A stretch of 61,942 nt of DNA, taken from contig DISV01000004.1 in assembly GCA_002422025.1 (NCBI GenBank), positions 216,367-278,308 of the forward strand. Direction: 5' to 3'. Under the pieces are notes generated by a model, which saw nothing but the letters and a program-made list of their open reading frames with translations, was not told the DNA's origin and did no database searches. Made by a program: the position numbers and the translations under genes. Origin of the DNA: Patescibacteria group bacterium UBA6201. Lineage in GTDB: Bacteria; Patescibacteriota; Minisyncoccia; Phycocordibacterales; UBA918. Of the stretch, positions 45,058 through 53,915 are shown piece after piece. Positions within the stretch are counted from its first letter, which is position 1. Each line of letters begins with the position of its first letter.

Positions 45058-46281
45058 ATGGAACTTAGTACAGAACTTAAAAACCGTGGCTTAGTACAAG
45101 ATACTTCGGCTGATATCGAGAAAATCTTGGGTGGAAAACGCACAGTTTACATTGGAACAGACCCGACTGCTGATTCGTTGCATGTCGGGCACTTGGCCTG
45201 GGTGGTTTTATTGAAGCGTTTGGGGGATGCAGGACATAAACTCATACTTCTGGTTGGAGGTGGCACTGGAATGATTGGTGACCCAAAGGAGAAGGGTGAA
45301 CGCTCACTCAAAACCATGGACGAAATTGACTACAATGCACGCGCTTTCGAAGTGCAACTGCGAAATTTGTTGGGAGACAGAGTCGATTTCGAGATGGTGA
45401 ACAATGCTGAGTGGTTACGTGAAGTTAAGTTGTTAGATTTTTTGCGCGACACTGGTAAGCATTTTACTGTCAATGACCTGGTCAAACGTGATTTGATTCG
45501 TCGTCGGCTTGAGACACCCGATGAAAGCATTTCATATACAGAATTTACATATTCATTACTCCAGGCCTATGATTACCGCGAACTTAATGAACGATATGGT
45601 TGCGACCTGCAAATTGGAGGGAGCGATCAATGGACTAATATTCTTTCAGGAGTTGACCTCATCCGAAAGACTACTGGGAAAGAAGTGTTTGCCTTTTCGT
45701 TCCCTTTAACTACTGACGCCAGTGGCCGCAAGTTTGGCAAGAGTGAAGGTAATGCTGTGTGGTTAAGTGGAGAGAAGACTAGTCCATATCAGTTTTATCA
45801 GTTTTGGCTTAATGTCGAGGATGAGAAGGTTATTGATTACTTAAAAATCTACACGTTTTTGTCCCTTGATGAGATTGCCGGAATTACAAAGGAACACAAC
45901 ATAGATCCGAGCACTCGTATCGCACAGATTCGTCTGGCCGAAGAGATGACAAATTTCACTCATGGTGAGGAAGCAACAAAGTCCGCTGCCCGTGTTTCTG
46001 GAATTTTGTTTGAAGGCTCACCCCTTGATGACTTATCAGGAGCAGATAAAGAGATGCTTATTAAGAATGCGCCAGTATTTGAGGGCGCAGAGGGGCGACC
46101 CTTAGTCGAGGTGTTGGTTGAAAGTAGATTAGCTAGCAGTAAAAGAGAAGCACGCGAATTCATAGAAAGCGGAGCGGTCACGCTGGGGGGAGAGAAATTG
46201 ACTGACCCGGAAGCTAAAGTGGAATTTGCGGAACTGGCAATACTGAAAAGAGGAAAGAAGAATTTGGTGGTTTTGACTTAG
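45058..46281 (+). CDS. tyrS: Tyrosine-tRNA ligase
   Basis: HIGH-type SLHVGH, KMSKS-type KFGKS, and a C-terminal S4-like domain. An alternative upstream ATG lies at 45040. Confidence 0.9.
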   Translation: MELSTELKNRGLVQDTSADIEKILGGKRTVYIGTDPTADSLHVGHLAWVVLLKRLGDAGHKLILLVGGGTGMIGDPKEKGERSLKTMDEIDYNARAFEVQLRNLLGDRVDFEMVNNAEWLREVKLLDFLRDTGKHFTVNDLVKRDLIRRRLETPDESISYTEFTYSLLQAYDYRELNERYGCDLQIGGSDQWTNILSGVDLIRKTTGKEVFAFSFPLTTDASGRKFGKSEGNAVWLSGEKTSPYQFYQFWLNVEDEKVIDYLKIYTFLSLDEIAGITKEHNIDPSTRIAQIRLAEEMTNFTHGEEATKSAARVSGILFEGSPLDDLSGADKEMLIKNAPVFEGAEGRPLVEVLVESRLASSKREAREFIESGAVTLGGEKLTDPEAKVEFAELAILKRGKKNLVVLT

Positions 46282-46297
46282 CTCTTTAACTCAGGTT

Positions 46298-46341
46298 AAA
46301 ACAAACCGCGGTGGGTCCAAAGGCCCACCGCGGTTTGTTTT
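46298..46341. terminator. Bidirectional terminator
   Basis: aaaacaaaccgcggtggg ... cccaccgcggtttgtttt. Confidence 0.8.
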
Positions 46342-46366
46342 ATGAACCTTTTACGTTATTAGAAAG

Positions 46367-46636
46367 CTACAGATGGTCTTCATCGTCGAATGAATCGTAG
46401 TCAACATCTTCGGCATCTTCTTCCAAAGTCTCAGTGTCCTCGGTTTCCTCGTCCTTCTTCTCTTCCTCTTCGTCATCGGTCGCATCTTCTTTTATATGCC
46501 CAAAACCTTCCGGTTCATCTGGAGCAACAATTTCTTCGCTAATCTCATCTAGCATTGAATCATCAATACCGGATTCGGTGTCCTCAATTTCCTCCTCCGT
46601 GTCGTCATCATTTTTTATAGTATGCAAAAAGTTCAT
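46367..46636 (-). CDS. Extremely acidic small protein (Asp/Glu-rich, 89 aa)
   Basis: The ORF has an ATG start and sits between a terminator and ruvC. Its composition is dominated by D, E and T. No family recognised. Confidence 0.45.
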   Translation of the reverse strand: MNFLHTIKNDDDTEEEIEDTESGIDDSMLDEISEEIVAPDEPEGFGHIKEDATDDEEEEKKDEETEDTETLEEDAEDVDYDSFDDEDHL

Positions 46637-46738
46637 ATGTGGTTTGCTGCTGGTAATTAATTCGCCATTAAACTTCTTTCAAAACTAGTGCAGATGCGCT
46701 CTTTTGGAAGAAATCTATTGAAAAAAGATTTTAGCGCA

Positions 46739-47209
46739 TTAGCGATGATGTGCAAGTGCCGTGACCGCAACGGCAATCGCATCGTACTCGTCGTCAAGGG
46801 CGCGGAGAGGTAAATTTGGTACTAAACGTTTCAACATATCCATAACTGCACGCTTGTCGCTCTTCCCGTATCCGGTCACGGCCACTTTAATTTCTTGTGG
46901 TCCAAACTCATGCACCTCGGCCTTATACTTACGGGCTAAATAGATAACCACACCTCGAGCCTCGGCTACGGCGACTGCTGTTTTTAGATTCTTGTTAAAG
47001 AAGAGAGTCTCAATCGCTACTAAGTCGGGTTTAAATTTTTTAATTAATACTTCTAGGGCCGACCCTAATTCACCAATACGTTCAGGCACAGTGTCTATTT
47101 TGTTAGTCAGGATGCAGCAGGAATGGATTAAGTGTTCTTTACCACTTGTCTTTTCCATCACCGCCACGCCGAGCCGGTCATATCCTGGATCTACCGCTAA
47201 GACTCTCAT
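46739..47209 (-). CDS. ruvC: Crossover junction endodeoxyribonuclease RuvC
   Basis: MRVLAVDPGYDRLG (catalytic Asp) and the later AIETLFF and DEYDAIAVAV. The longer start at 47293 adds an atypical 28-aa extension. Confidence 0.85.
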   Translation of the reverse strand: MRVLAVDPGYDRLGVAVMEKTSGKEHLIHSCCILTNKIDTVPERIGELGSALEVLIKKFKPDLVAIETLFFNKNLKTAVAVAEARGVVIYLARKYKAEVHEFGPQEIKVAVTGYGKSDKRAVMDMLKRLVPNLPLRALDDEYDAIAVAVTALAHHR

Positions 47210-47334
47210 CCCGTTAGAAATAGGGCGCAGGTCCGACAGTGTGTCGTTCTTCTTTACATTTTTAGTGGCTGGGATGTGATTTTTGAGGGGCATATTTAAA
47301 TACGGCGCACGCGATTTCTAACAGGACTCATATA

Positions 47335-47883
47335 TTATTCGCTTGGCTCCTCACTATCTGCTGTCGTGTATATATCCTGCACGTCATCTTGTTCCTCAAG
47401 TTGTTCTATGAGTTGACCTAATTTCTCTCCGTCAGCATCATTTAGATCCAAAGGAGTGTTCGGTGTGTATCCTTCCGCTGTTTTAGTAAAAGCCCAAGCT
47501 GCTGTTCCAGGTACGCCGAGTTGATATCCAGCTTTAGTGAAAATACTACGTACTTCTTGGGAGGTACGATTATTATTATCGGTCACGGCCGTAATCATTA
47601 AAGCCACGCCACCTGGACCAAACCCTTCGAACAATACTTCCTCAAAAGCTGCTCCGCCGCTACCTGCACCTTTCGCAATTGCTCTATCAATATTATCCTT
47701 CGGCATTGACTCTTTTTTTGCACGCACGATAGCGGCAGCTAGGCCTGGAGAATTAATATCACCACCGGCTTTACGCGACTCCATGGCAATCAGTGCTGAG
47801 TGTTTAGAAAATACCTTACTCTTCACAGCGTCAGTCGCCGCTTTTTTATGTTTAATTTTTGACCATTTATTATGTCCGCTCAT
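47335..47883 (-). CDS. yebC: YebC/PmpR-family protein, short form (182 aa)
   Basis: MSGHNKWSKIKHKK and the EGFGPGGVALMI core. About 60 aa of the usual third subdomain are absent. Confidence 0.8.
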   Translation of the reverse strand: MSGHNKWSKIKHKKAATDAVKSKVFSKHSALIAMESRKAGGDINSPGLAAAIVRAKKESMPKDNIDRAIAKGAGSGGAAFEEVLFEGFGPGGVALMITAVTDNNNRTSQEVRSIFTKAGYQLGVPGTAAWAFTKTAEGYTPNTPLDLNDADGEKLGQLIEQLEEQDDVQDIYTTADSEEPSE

Positions 47884-47904
47884 ATAAGTAATTTAAAACA
47901 GTAA

Positions 47905-48888
47905 TCAATTTTGTAAATGAGATATAGCTGCGGCACTAGCAACGCGGCCGCGCGGTGTGCGTTCCAAAAGTCCTAGACGGATGAGGTAAGGCTCGATAAC
48001 ATCTTCAATGGTAGATGCTTCTTCACCAGTGGCCGCAGCAATAGTGTTTAGTCCAACCGGACCGCCACCGAATTTAATGATAATAGCGTTAAGTACGGCA
48101 CGATCAGGTTTACTTAAGCCCAACTCATCAATTTCAAGTAAGGAGAAGGTACGATCAACAATGTCTTTAGAAATTGGTGCGCCGTCTAGCTGAGCTAAAT
48201 CGCGACAACGCTTTAAAAGGTAGTTGGCCATGCGAGGTGTAGCGCGACAACGGTTAGCTATGCTCTCGATGACAGAATTGTCAGTGGGTACACCCAGTAA
48301 GTTAGCGGAGCGTGTAAGAATTTGTCCGATTTCATTTTCAGAATAAAAATCAAGTCGGAAAGTTCCACCGGAAAAGCGAGAACGAAGTGGGGAAGAGAGC
48401 AGAGATATGCGGGTAGTGGCAGCAACCAGTGTAAATGGTGGTAGTTCTAGTTGGACAGTACGAGCTGAGGGTCCTTTACCAATAATGATATCAAGTACTC
48501 CGGATTCCATTGCTGGATACAGCACTTCTTCGATTGATTTGGAAAGGCGGTGGATTTCGTCAATGAACAATACATCTCCGGGAGAGAGATTGGTGAGAAT
48601 GGCAGCCAGATCTCCAACACGCTCTATGGCTGGGCCGGAGGTGATGCGCATATTGGTACCCAAGGTCTTTGATATCAAGTGCGCCAGAGTGGTCTTACCA
48701 AGACCGGGTGGACCGTAAAGTAGGATGTGTTCAGCACTGTGGCCACGTTCGCGGGCGGCAGTGAGCAAGATGCGCAAGTTTTCCTTAATCTTCGCTTGGC
48801 CAATATACTCCTCCCATGTACCAGGGCGTAGTGTTTGGTCTAGGTTACCGGCGTTATCTTTAGTGAAAGTATTAGTGTCTTTGGACAT
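47905..48888 (-). CDS. ruvB: Holliday junction branch migration helicase RuvB
   Basis: GPPGLGKTT Walker [10 protein letters not shown] Walker B, and the RTPRGR winged-helix tail. Confidence 0.95.
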   Translation of the reverse strand: MSKDTNTFTKDNAGNLDQTLRPGTWEEYIGQAKIKENLRILLTAARERGHSAEHILLYGPPGLGKTTLAHLISKTLGTNMRITSGPAIERVGDLAAILTNLSPGDVLFIDEIHRLSKSIEEVLYPAMESGVLDIIIGKGPSARTVQLELPPFTLVAATTRISLLSSPLRSRFSGGTFRLDFYSENEIGQILTRSANLLGVPTDNSVIESIANRCRATPRMANYLLKRCRDLAQLDGAPISKDIVDRTFSLLEIDELGLSKPDRAVLNAIIIKFGGGPVGLNTIAAATGEEASTIEDVIEPYLIRLGLLERTPRGRVASAAAISHLQN

Positions 48889-49042
48889 AAGGTCATTATA
48901 CCGAAATAGTGCCGGTTTGACCCGTGGAGTATATAGCGCTTGACAAATTTCTCAAATGTGCTAAGATATAAATGTTCTTGATAGTTTGAAAAGAAAAGGC
49001 GCCACAACTTTAGTTGCTGGGGGCTATTTTTTTCTGTTCAAA

Positions 49043-49208
49043 ATGGAGATGTCTAGTTCGAGGTGACAGCTCTCTAAGCAATTGGGTGGTGTGGCGAGGA
49101 CTTTCTGGTCCTTACCTTGAGTGAGAACGCTGGGAAAACCCTTAGCGCATCACTCACTTTCATACTAGAAAGCTTGCTTAGAGAACTTTCCTCTCGAAAC
49201 ATCTCCAT
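49043..49208. ncRNA. Candidate structured ncRNA (long closing rod plus three apical hairpins), strand unresolved
   Basis: ORF-free. Helices: 49043-49052 with 49199-49208, 49057-49063 with 49090-49098, and 49072-49081 with 49174-49183. Hairpins at 49097-49112, 49120-49156 and 49157-49172. Terminator-like hairpins flank both sides and promoter-like elements occur on both strands. Confidence 0.5.
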
Positions 49209-49302
49209 AAGAACCTTCAAACCGACTATAACATAGTCGGTTTTGTTGTTAATCTTGCGGAGGCCAGTGTGACGTGTCGTGGAATCATGCGCTCTTTTTC
49301 TT

Positions 49303-50982
49303 TTAAGAACTTGGGCGCAGTTGTGTTATGTCCACCACTCTCTCAAGTTCTGCAAGCGATGTGATTCCGGATAGTACCTTTTCTATTCCATCCTCGGTCA
49401 TGGTAGGAATACCTTGGCTTTTAGCAGCAGCCAATATGATATGGTCACGTGGGTCACTAATAACAGCTTCTTCTACAGCTTCATCAACCCTAATCGCTTC
49501 GAAGACACCTTGGCGGCCTTTGAAGCCAGTATTCGCGCACTGAGGGCAACCAGGTGCGTCATAAATTGTCACTTCGTCAGTTAAGTTTGGTGGAGTGGGG
49601 TGACCACGGAGCACACGGACGATTTTTTCTTTTTCTTCAGGCGTCGCTAAGCGTGCCTTCTTACAGCTTTCGCACAACTTTCGCACCAAGCGTTGCCCTA
49701 ACACTATGTTGGTACTACTGCCAATTAGTCGCGAGTCAACACCGAGGTCAATTAGTCGTGCAAAGCTTCCAGCTGCGCTGTTGGTGTGCAAGGTGGTGAA
49801 TACCAAGTGACCGGTTTCAGCAGCATGCACTGCCGTTTCCGCCACGTCACGGTCGCGAATTTCACCAACCATGATAATGTCTGGGTCTTGGCGCAAAATG
49901 GAGCGCAGACCTGAAGCGAAAGTGTAGTCTTCTTCCACTTGAGTCTGGACTATTCCTTCCACCTTATATTCGACTGGGTCTTCGATAGTAATCACTTTAA
50001 CTTCTGGATTGTGTACTGCCCGCAAAAAAGCATAGAGGGCAGTGGTCTTTCCACTTCCGGTCGGGCCTGTTGTGATTATCATTCCATTAGGACGCTTTAA
50101 CTCCTCCGACATAACGCGGTGCATAATGGAATTGAGTCCGAGTTGCTCCATATCGAAACTTGCGACGGTGGGGTCTAGAAGTCGCATTACCGCGCTTTCG
50201 CCTGAGGAACCGGGGATGATTGAGGTACGAACTTCCACGCTACGCTCGCTGTTATTAAAAGTGAAACGACCATCTTGGGCCTCGTTCTTTTTATTGAGAA
50301 TTAGTCCAGCTAAAAGCTTAATGCGTGACATTAGTCTTTCATAAACTCCGCGTTCGAGGTCTACGATGTCATGTAGTACTCCGTCCATGCGGTAACGCAC
50401 GCGTACTTTGACTGGTTCTGGCTCGATATGAATATCGGACGCACCTAACGACAGTGCTCCTGCGAATAGTGTCTCTAAAGTTGCACTGACTCTACGAGCA
50501 GAATTGAGAGTTTTTATTTCCTCTATTTTTATCTTTACCAACTCAGGAGAGAGGACAGTCTTGGAAAGACGTTCAATTTCGTCTGGGTCGATGTCGAGTA
50601 CGCCCTTTTTAACTGCAGTGGTGTTCTGTTGGTCTTTGTATCTGGTCCATGCGTGTTCGAGGCTAGCTGTCGAGCACATAAAGATAGATAGCGTCCAAAT
50701 ACTTTCCAATTTTTTGATCAGTTCTTTAGTTTTTGGATTATTAGGATTCGCAATGGCAATGGAGAGTTTACGATTTTGTTTTTCAAAAATAACAACATCA
50801 GTTGCTCTGGCCTCTTCTTCCGACAATAAAACCAGCGCCGCGGGGTTGATGCTTATCCCGTGTAGGTCGACGTAGGTGTAGCCATTTTGTTTAGCTAGAG
50901 CGCGAATTAGGTTCTCCTCCTCACCTTGGCGGAATTCCTGATAGCGTTTACTCTCTAAGATATGGTCATCAAATTTTTGCAC
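49303..50982 (-). CDS. GspE/PilB-family secretion or type IV pilus assembly ATPase
   Basis: GPTGSGKTT Walker A, the Asp box, Walker B, the His box (TGHLVFTTLHTN), and a tetracysteine motif (CESC ... CPQC). GTG start. Confidence 0.85.
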   Translation of the reverse strand: MQKFDDHILESKRYQEFRQGEEENLIRALAKQNGYTYVDLHGISINPAALVLLSEEEARATDVVIFEKQNRKLSIAIANPNNPKTKELIKKLESIWTLSIFMCSTASLEHAWTRYKDQQNTTAVKKGVLDIDPDEIERLSKTVLSPELVKIKIEEIKTLNSARRVSATLETLFAGALSLGASDIHIEPEPVKVRVRYRMDGVLHDIVDLERGVYERLMSRIKLLAGLILNKKNEAQDGRFTFNNSERSVEVRTSIIPGSSGESAVMRLLDPTVASFDMEQLGLNSIMHRVMSEELKRPNGMIITTGPTGSGKTTALYAFLRAVHNPEVKVITIEDPVEYKVEGIVQTQVEEDYTFASGLRSILRQDPDIIMVGEIRDRDVAETAVHAAETGHLVFTTLHTNSAAGSFARLIDLGVDSRLIGSSTNIVLGQRLVRKLCESCKKARLATPEEKEKIVRVLRGHPTPPNLTDEVTIYDAPGCPQCANTGFKGRQGVFEAIRVDEAVEEAVISDPRDHIILAAAKSQGIPTMTEDGIEKVLSGITSLAELERVVDITQLRPSS

Positions 50983-51062
50983 ACTAGAATAGAAAAGTTA
51001 AAAACAGTTGCAAGCTGGTAGGCAAAATGTCTTAAGTCTATTTTAAGTGATAGAATGCCAAT

Positions 51063-51515
51063 ATGAAAGGTAAGATTTGGGATATAAGCTCCCTGGAAGA
51101 ATTAAACCTAGCGGTAAAAGAAGTGTTGGAAGGCATACGGCAAGGTACCTCCCCTGGTCATGCTGCCGTCTTAGCTTTAAGTGGTGATTTAGGTGCTGGG
51201 AAAACTACTTTTACTCAATATCTTGCCAAGGAACTAGGAGTGAGTGAAGCTATTACCAGTCCAACTTTTGTTATTTTGAAGAAATACCCACTTCCAAATG
51301 ATCATCAGTTCAAGCACTTAGTGCATATAGATGCCTATCGTTTAGAGACACCGGAAGAATTACTTGTACTAAACCTTAAGACAGAATTTTTGGACGAAGG
51401 TAATTTGGTGGTCGTGGAATGGGCAGAGAAAGTTGCTACTATTTTGCCCGCTCATACCACCACACTTCAATTCACGTTAGATGGTGCACGAAGAACTCTC
51501 TCGTCACAACGGTAA
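51063..51515 (+). CDS. tsaE: tRNA t6A37 biosynthesis protein TsaE
   Basis: GDLGAGKTTFTQ P-loop, SPTF and HIDAYR motifs. 150 aa. Confidence 0.85.
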   Translation: MKGKIWDISSLEELNLAVKEVLEGIRQGTSPGHAAVLALSGDLGAGKTTFTQYLAKELGVSEAITSPTFVILKKYPLPNDHQFKHLVHIDAYRLETPEELLVLNLKTEFLDEGNLVVVEWAEKVATILPAHTTTLQFTLDGARRTLSSQR

Positions 51516-51517
51516 AT

Positions 51518-53908
51518 ATGGCAAAAGCATCAGACAAAAAAAAGACATTAGTTCTCCTCGACGCACACGCTATTTTGCATCGTGCTTACCATGCATTGCC
51601 TGACTTCACATCAGCGAAAGGAGAGCCGACCGGGGCTTTGTTTGGTGTGGTTTCGATGCTCTTAAAGATAGTGGAAGATTTAAAACCTGATTATTTGGTA
51701 GCTTGTTACGATCTGCCGGAACCAACACACCGCCACCAAGCTTTTGATGGTTATAAGGCAAAGAGACTGAAGACCGAGGATTCACTTGTAGCCCAAATAG
51801 AACGTTCGCGTGATATACTCGCCGCGCTTAATATTCCTATTTACGAATACCCTGGCTTCGAGGCCGACGACATGTTAGGTACCATAGTGGAGCAGACGAA
51901 AAACGATAAGGACCTCAATATTATCATCGCCTCGGGTGATATGGACACTTTGCAGTTGGTTTCTGGTAAGAAGGTACAAGTGTTTACTCAACGTAAAGGG
52001 TCAGAGGTGGCAATGTTTGATGAGGAGGCGGTTAAGGAAAAGTTTGGTTTTGGTCCTAAATTGACCATTGATTACAAAGGATTGCGCGGGGACCCTTCAG
52101 ACAATATTCCTGGTGTGCCGGGTGTGGGAGAAGGAAGTGCTTTGAAGTTAGTGGGAACCTACGGATCAGTGGAAAAGATTATCGCGGCGATTAAGAAGAA
52201 AGGTGTTGAGTTAGTTTCAAAAGAAAGTGGTGTACAAAAACGTTTCGTGGAGTTGGTTCTGAATCATGAAGAAGAAGCACAGTTTTCTAAAATGTTAGCC
52301 ACCATTCGATTGGATTCACCAATTACTTTCGTGTTACCAAAAAGACATTGGTTGGAGGATGTTAAGAAAGATGAGACTCTAGCACTTTTTAATGAACTGG
52401 GCTTCCGTACTTTGACCGTACGATTTAAGACTCTTCTTAACATTGAAGCCACGGATCAATTTGAGGGAGGGGAGTTTTCGGAACAAGACTTAAAGGTTGC
52501 AGCGGTGATGTTGTGGCTTATTGAGTCTGATCGAACTAACCCGACCTTGGACGATATACTAGACTATAGTCGTTCGGTATATGGCCTCACCGACATTTCT
52601 GCTATTTTGAAAAAATTTGAGGATGAACTACGTCGGCAGGAACTGTGGGACATTTACGAAAAAATCGAGAAGCCACTCATTCCGGTCCTTGATAAGGTAA
52701 ACCAAACTGGCATTAAACTCGATACCGAGTATCTTGCCAAACTTTCCAAAACCTTCCGCAAGGAGTTGGCTACTCTAGAAGGGGAGATACATGCTCATGC
52801 CGGGCAGGACTTCAATATTAATTCGCCTAAACAACTTGGTGACATCATTTACGACAAGCTCGGACTCAAACCTAAGCGTCAAAAGAAGACGGCAGGAGGC
52901 GCACGCTCCACGCGTGAGAGTGAGCTGGCACAGATGAAGGATGATCATCCAATTATTAATGCCATACTGCGCTATCGAGAACTTTCGAAATTAGTTTCCA
53001 CTTATGTGGACAACTTGCCTCTTTTGGTAAAAGAGGACGGAAGACTTCGTACCACATTTCTGCAGACCGGTACTGTGACTGGCCGTATTGGGTCTCGTGA
53101 TCCTAATCTGCAGAATATTCCTGTTCGGACCAAGGAGGGGAGGGCGGTACGTCAGGCTTTTGTAGCTCCGTCAGGGTACAAACTATTATCAATAGACTAT
53201 TCACAAATCGAACTGCGAATAGCCGCTTTTTTGTCAGGGGACAAAAAAATGATTGAGATTTTTCAGGGCGGGCAAGATGTGCATAGCGCTGTAGCTTCCA
53301 GGGTTTTTGGAGTTAACGAAAGTGAAGTGACACCTGATATGCGTCGCCGCGCTAAAGTTATTAACTTCGGTATTCTTTATGGAATGGGTGTGAACGCACT
53401 TCGGGCTAACTTAGGAGAGGATACTAGTCGCGAGGAAGCTCAAGAATTTTTAAACGCCTACTTCAATACTTTCACTCGCCTCGCCGAATATCTTGAGGAG
53501 ACAAAGGCTTATGCTCGTGAGCACGGATTCACCAAAACTTTATTCGGTCGTCGTCGTTATTTTCCGGGTATTCAATCAAGCGCACCATTTCTTCGAGCAA
53601 GTGCTGAACGAATGGCGATTAACGCACCGATTCAAGGTACTGAGGGAGATATTCTGAGGATTGCTATGGTAAAAATTGATGATTATCTAAACTCTAATAA
53701 TCTCAATGATGTGGCACGAACCTTACTTCAAGTACATGACGAATTAGTTTTTGAAATAAAAGAGGAAAACCTCGAAGAGCTTACTCCTCGTTTAGCGCAA
53801 ATAATGCGAGAGGTTTTTGCTGGATACGACATCAAGAGTGTGCCAATCGAGGTAGAGGCTAAAGTAGGCGATAATTGGTCACAGATGACTAAGTTTAAGC
53901 TAAATTAA
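51518..53908 (+). CDS. polA: DNA polymerase I
   Basis: 5' nuclease domain (LLDAHAILHRAYHA, GDMDTLQL, GVPGVGEGSA). Family A polymerase motifs A (LLSIDYSQIELR), B (RRRAKVINFGILYG) and C (QVHDE). The start is the ATG at 51518, right after the tsaE stop. Confidence 0.9.
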   Translation: MAKASDKKKTLVLLDAHAILHRAYHALPDFTSAKGEPTGALFGVVSMLLKIVEDLKPDYLVACYDLPEPTHRHQAFDGYKAKRLKTEDSLVAQIERSRDILAALNIPIYEYPGFEADDMLGTIVEQTKNDKDLNIIIASGDMDTLQLVSGKKVQVFTQRKGSEVAMFDEEAVKEKFGFGPKLTIDYKGLRGDPSDNIPGVPGVGEGSALKLVGTYGSVEKIIAAIKKKGVELVSKESGVQKRFVELVLNHEEEAQFSKMLATIRLDSPITFVLPKRHWLEDVKKDETLALFNELGFRTLTVRFKTLLNIEATDQFEGGEFSEQDLKVAAVMLWLIESDRTNPTLDDILDYSRSVYGLTDISAILKKFEDELRRQELWDIYEKIEKPLIPVLDKVNQTGIKLDTEYLAKLSKTFRKELATLEGEIHAHAGQDFNINSPKQLGDIIYDKLGLKPKRQKKTAGGARSTRESELAQMKDDHPIINAILRYRELSKLVSTYVDNLPLLVKEDGRLRTTFLQTGTVTGRIGSRDPNLQNIPVRTKEGRAVRQAFVAPSGYKLLSIDYSQIELRIAAFLSGDKKMIEIFQGGQDVHSAVASRVFGVNESEVTPDMRRRAKVINFGILYGMGVNALRANLGEDTSREEAQEFLNAYFNTFTRLAEYLEETKAYAREHGFTKTLFGRRRYFPGIQSSAPFLRASAERMAINAPIQGTEGDILRIAMVKIDDYLNSNNLNDVARTLLQVHDELVFEIKEENLEELTPRLAQIMREVFAGYDIKSVPIEVEAKVGDNWSQMTKFKLN

Positions 53909-53915
53909 GATAGGT

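Noticed and set aside
49043-49208. Assigning the 49-kb structured RNA to canonical RNase P RNA because of the minus-strand GAGAGGAAAGTTC string
   Set aside because: That string is part of a continuous 14-bp helix rather than a P4 pseudoknot. No CR-II, CR-III or CR-V equivalents were found, and the RNA is too short. It is left as an unclassified candidate.
51419-51517. Upstream start at 51419 for polA, overlapping tsaE
   Set aside because: The extension overlaps the tsaE 3' end in another frame and has odd composition. MAKASDKKKTLVLLDAHA at 51518 is the normal 5'-nuclease N-terminus, directly after the tsaE stop.
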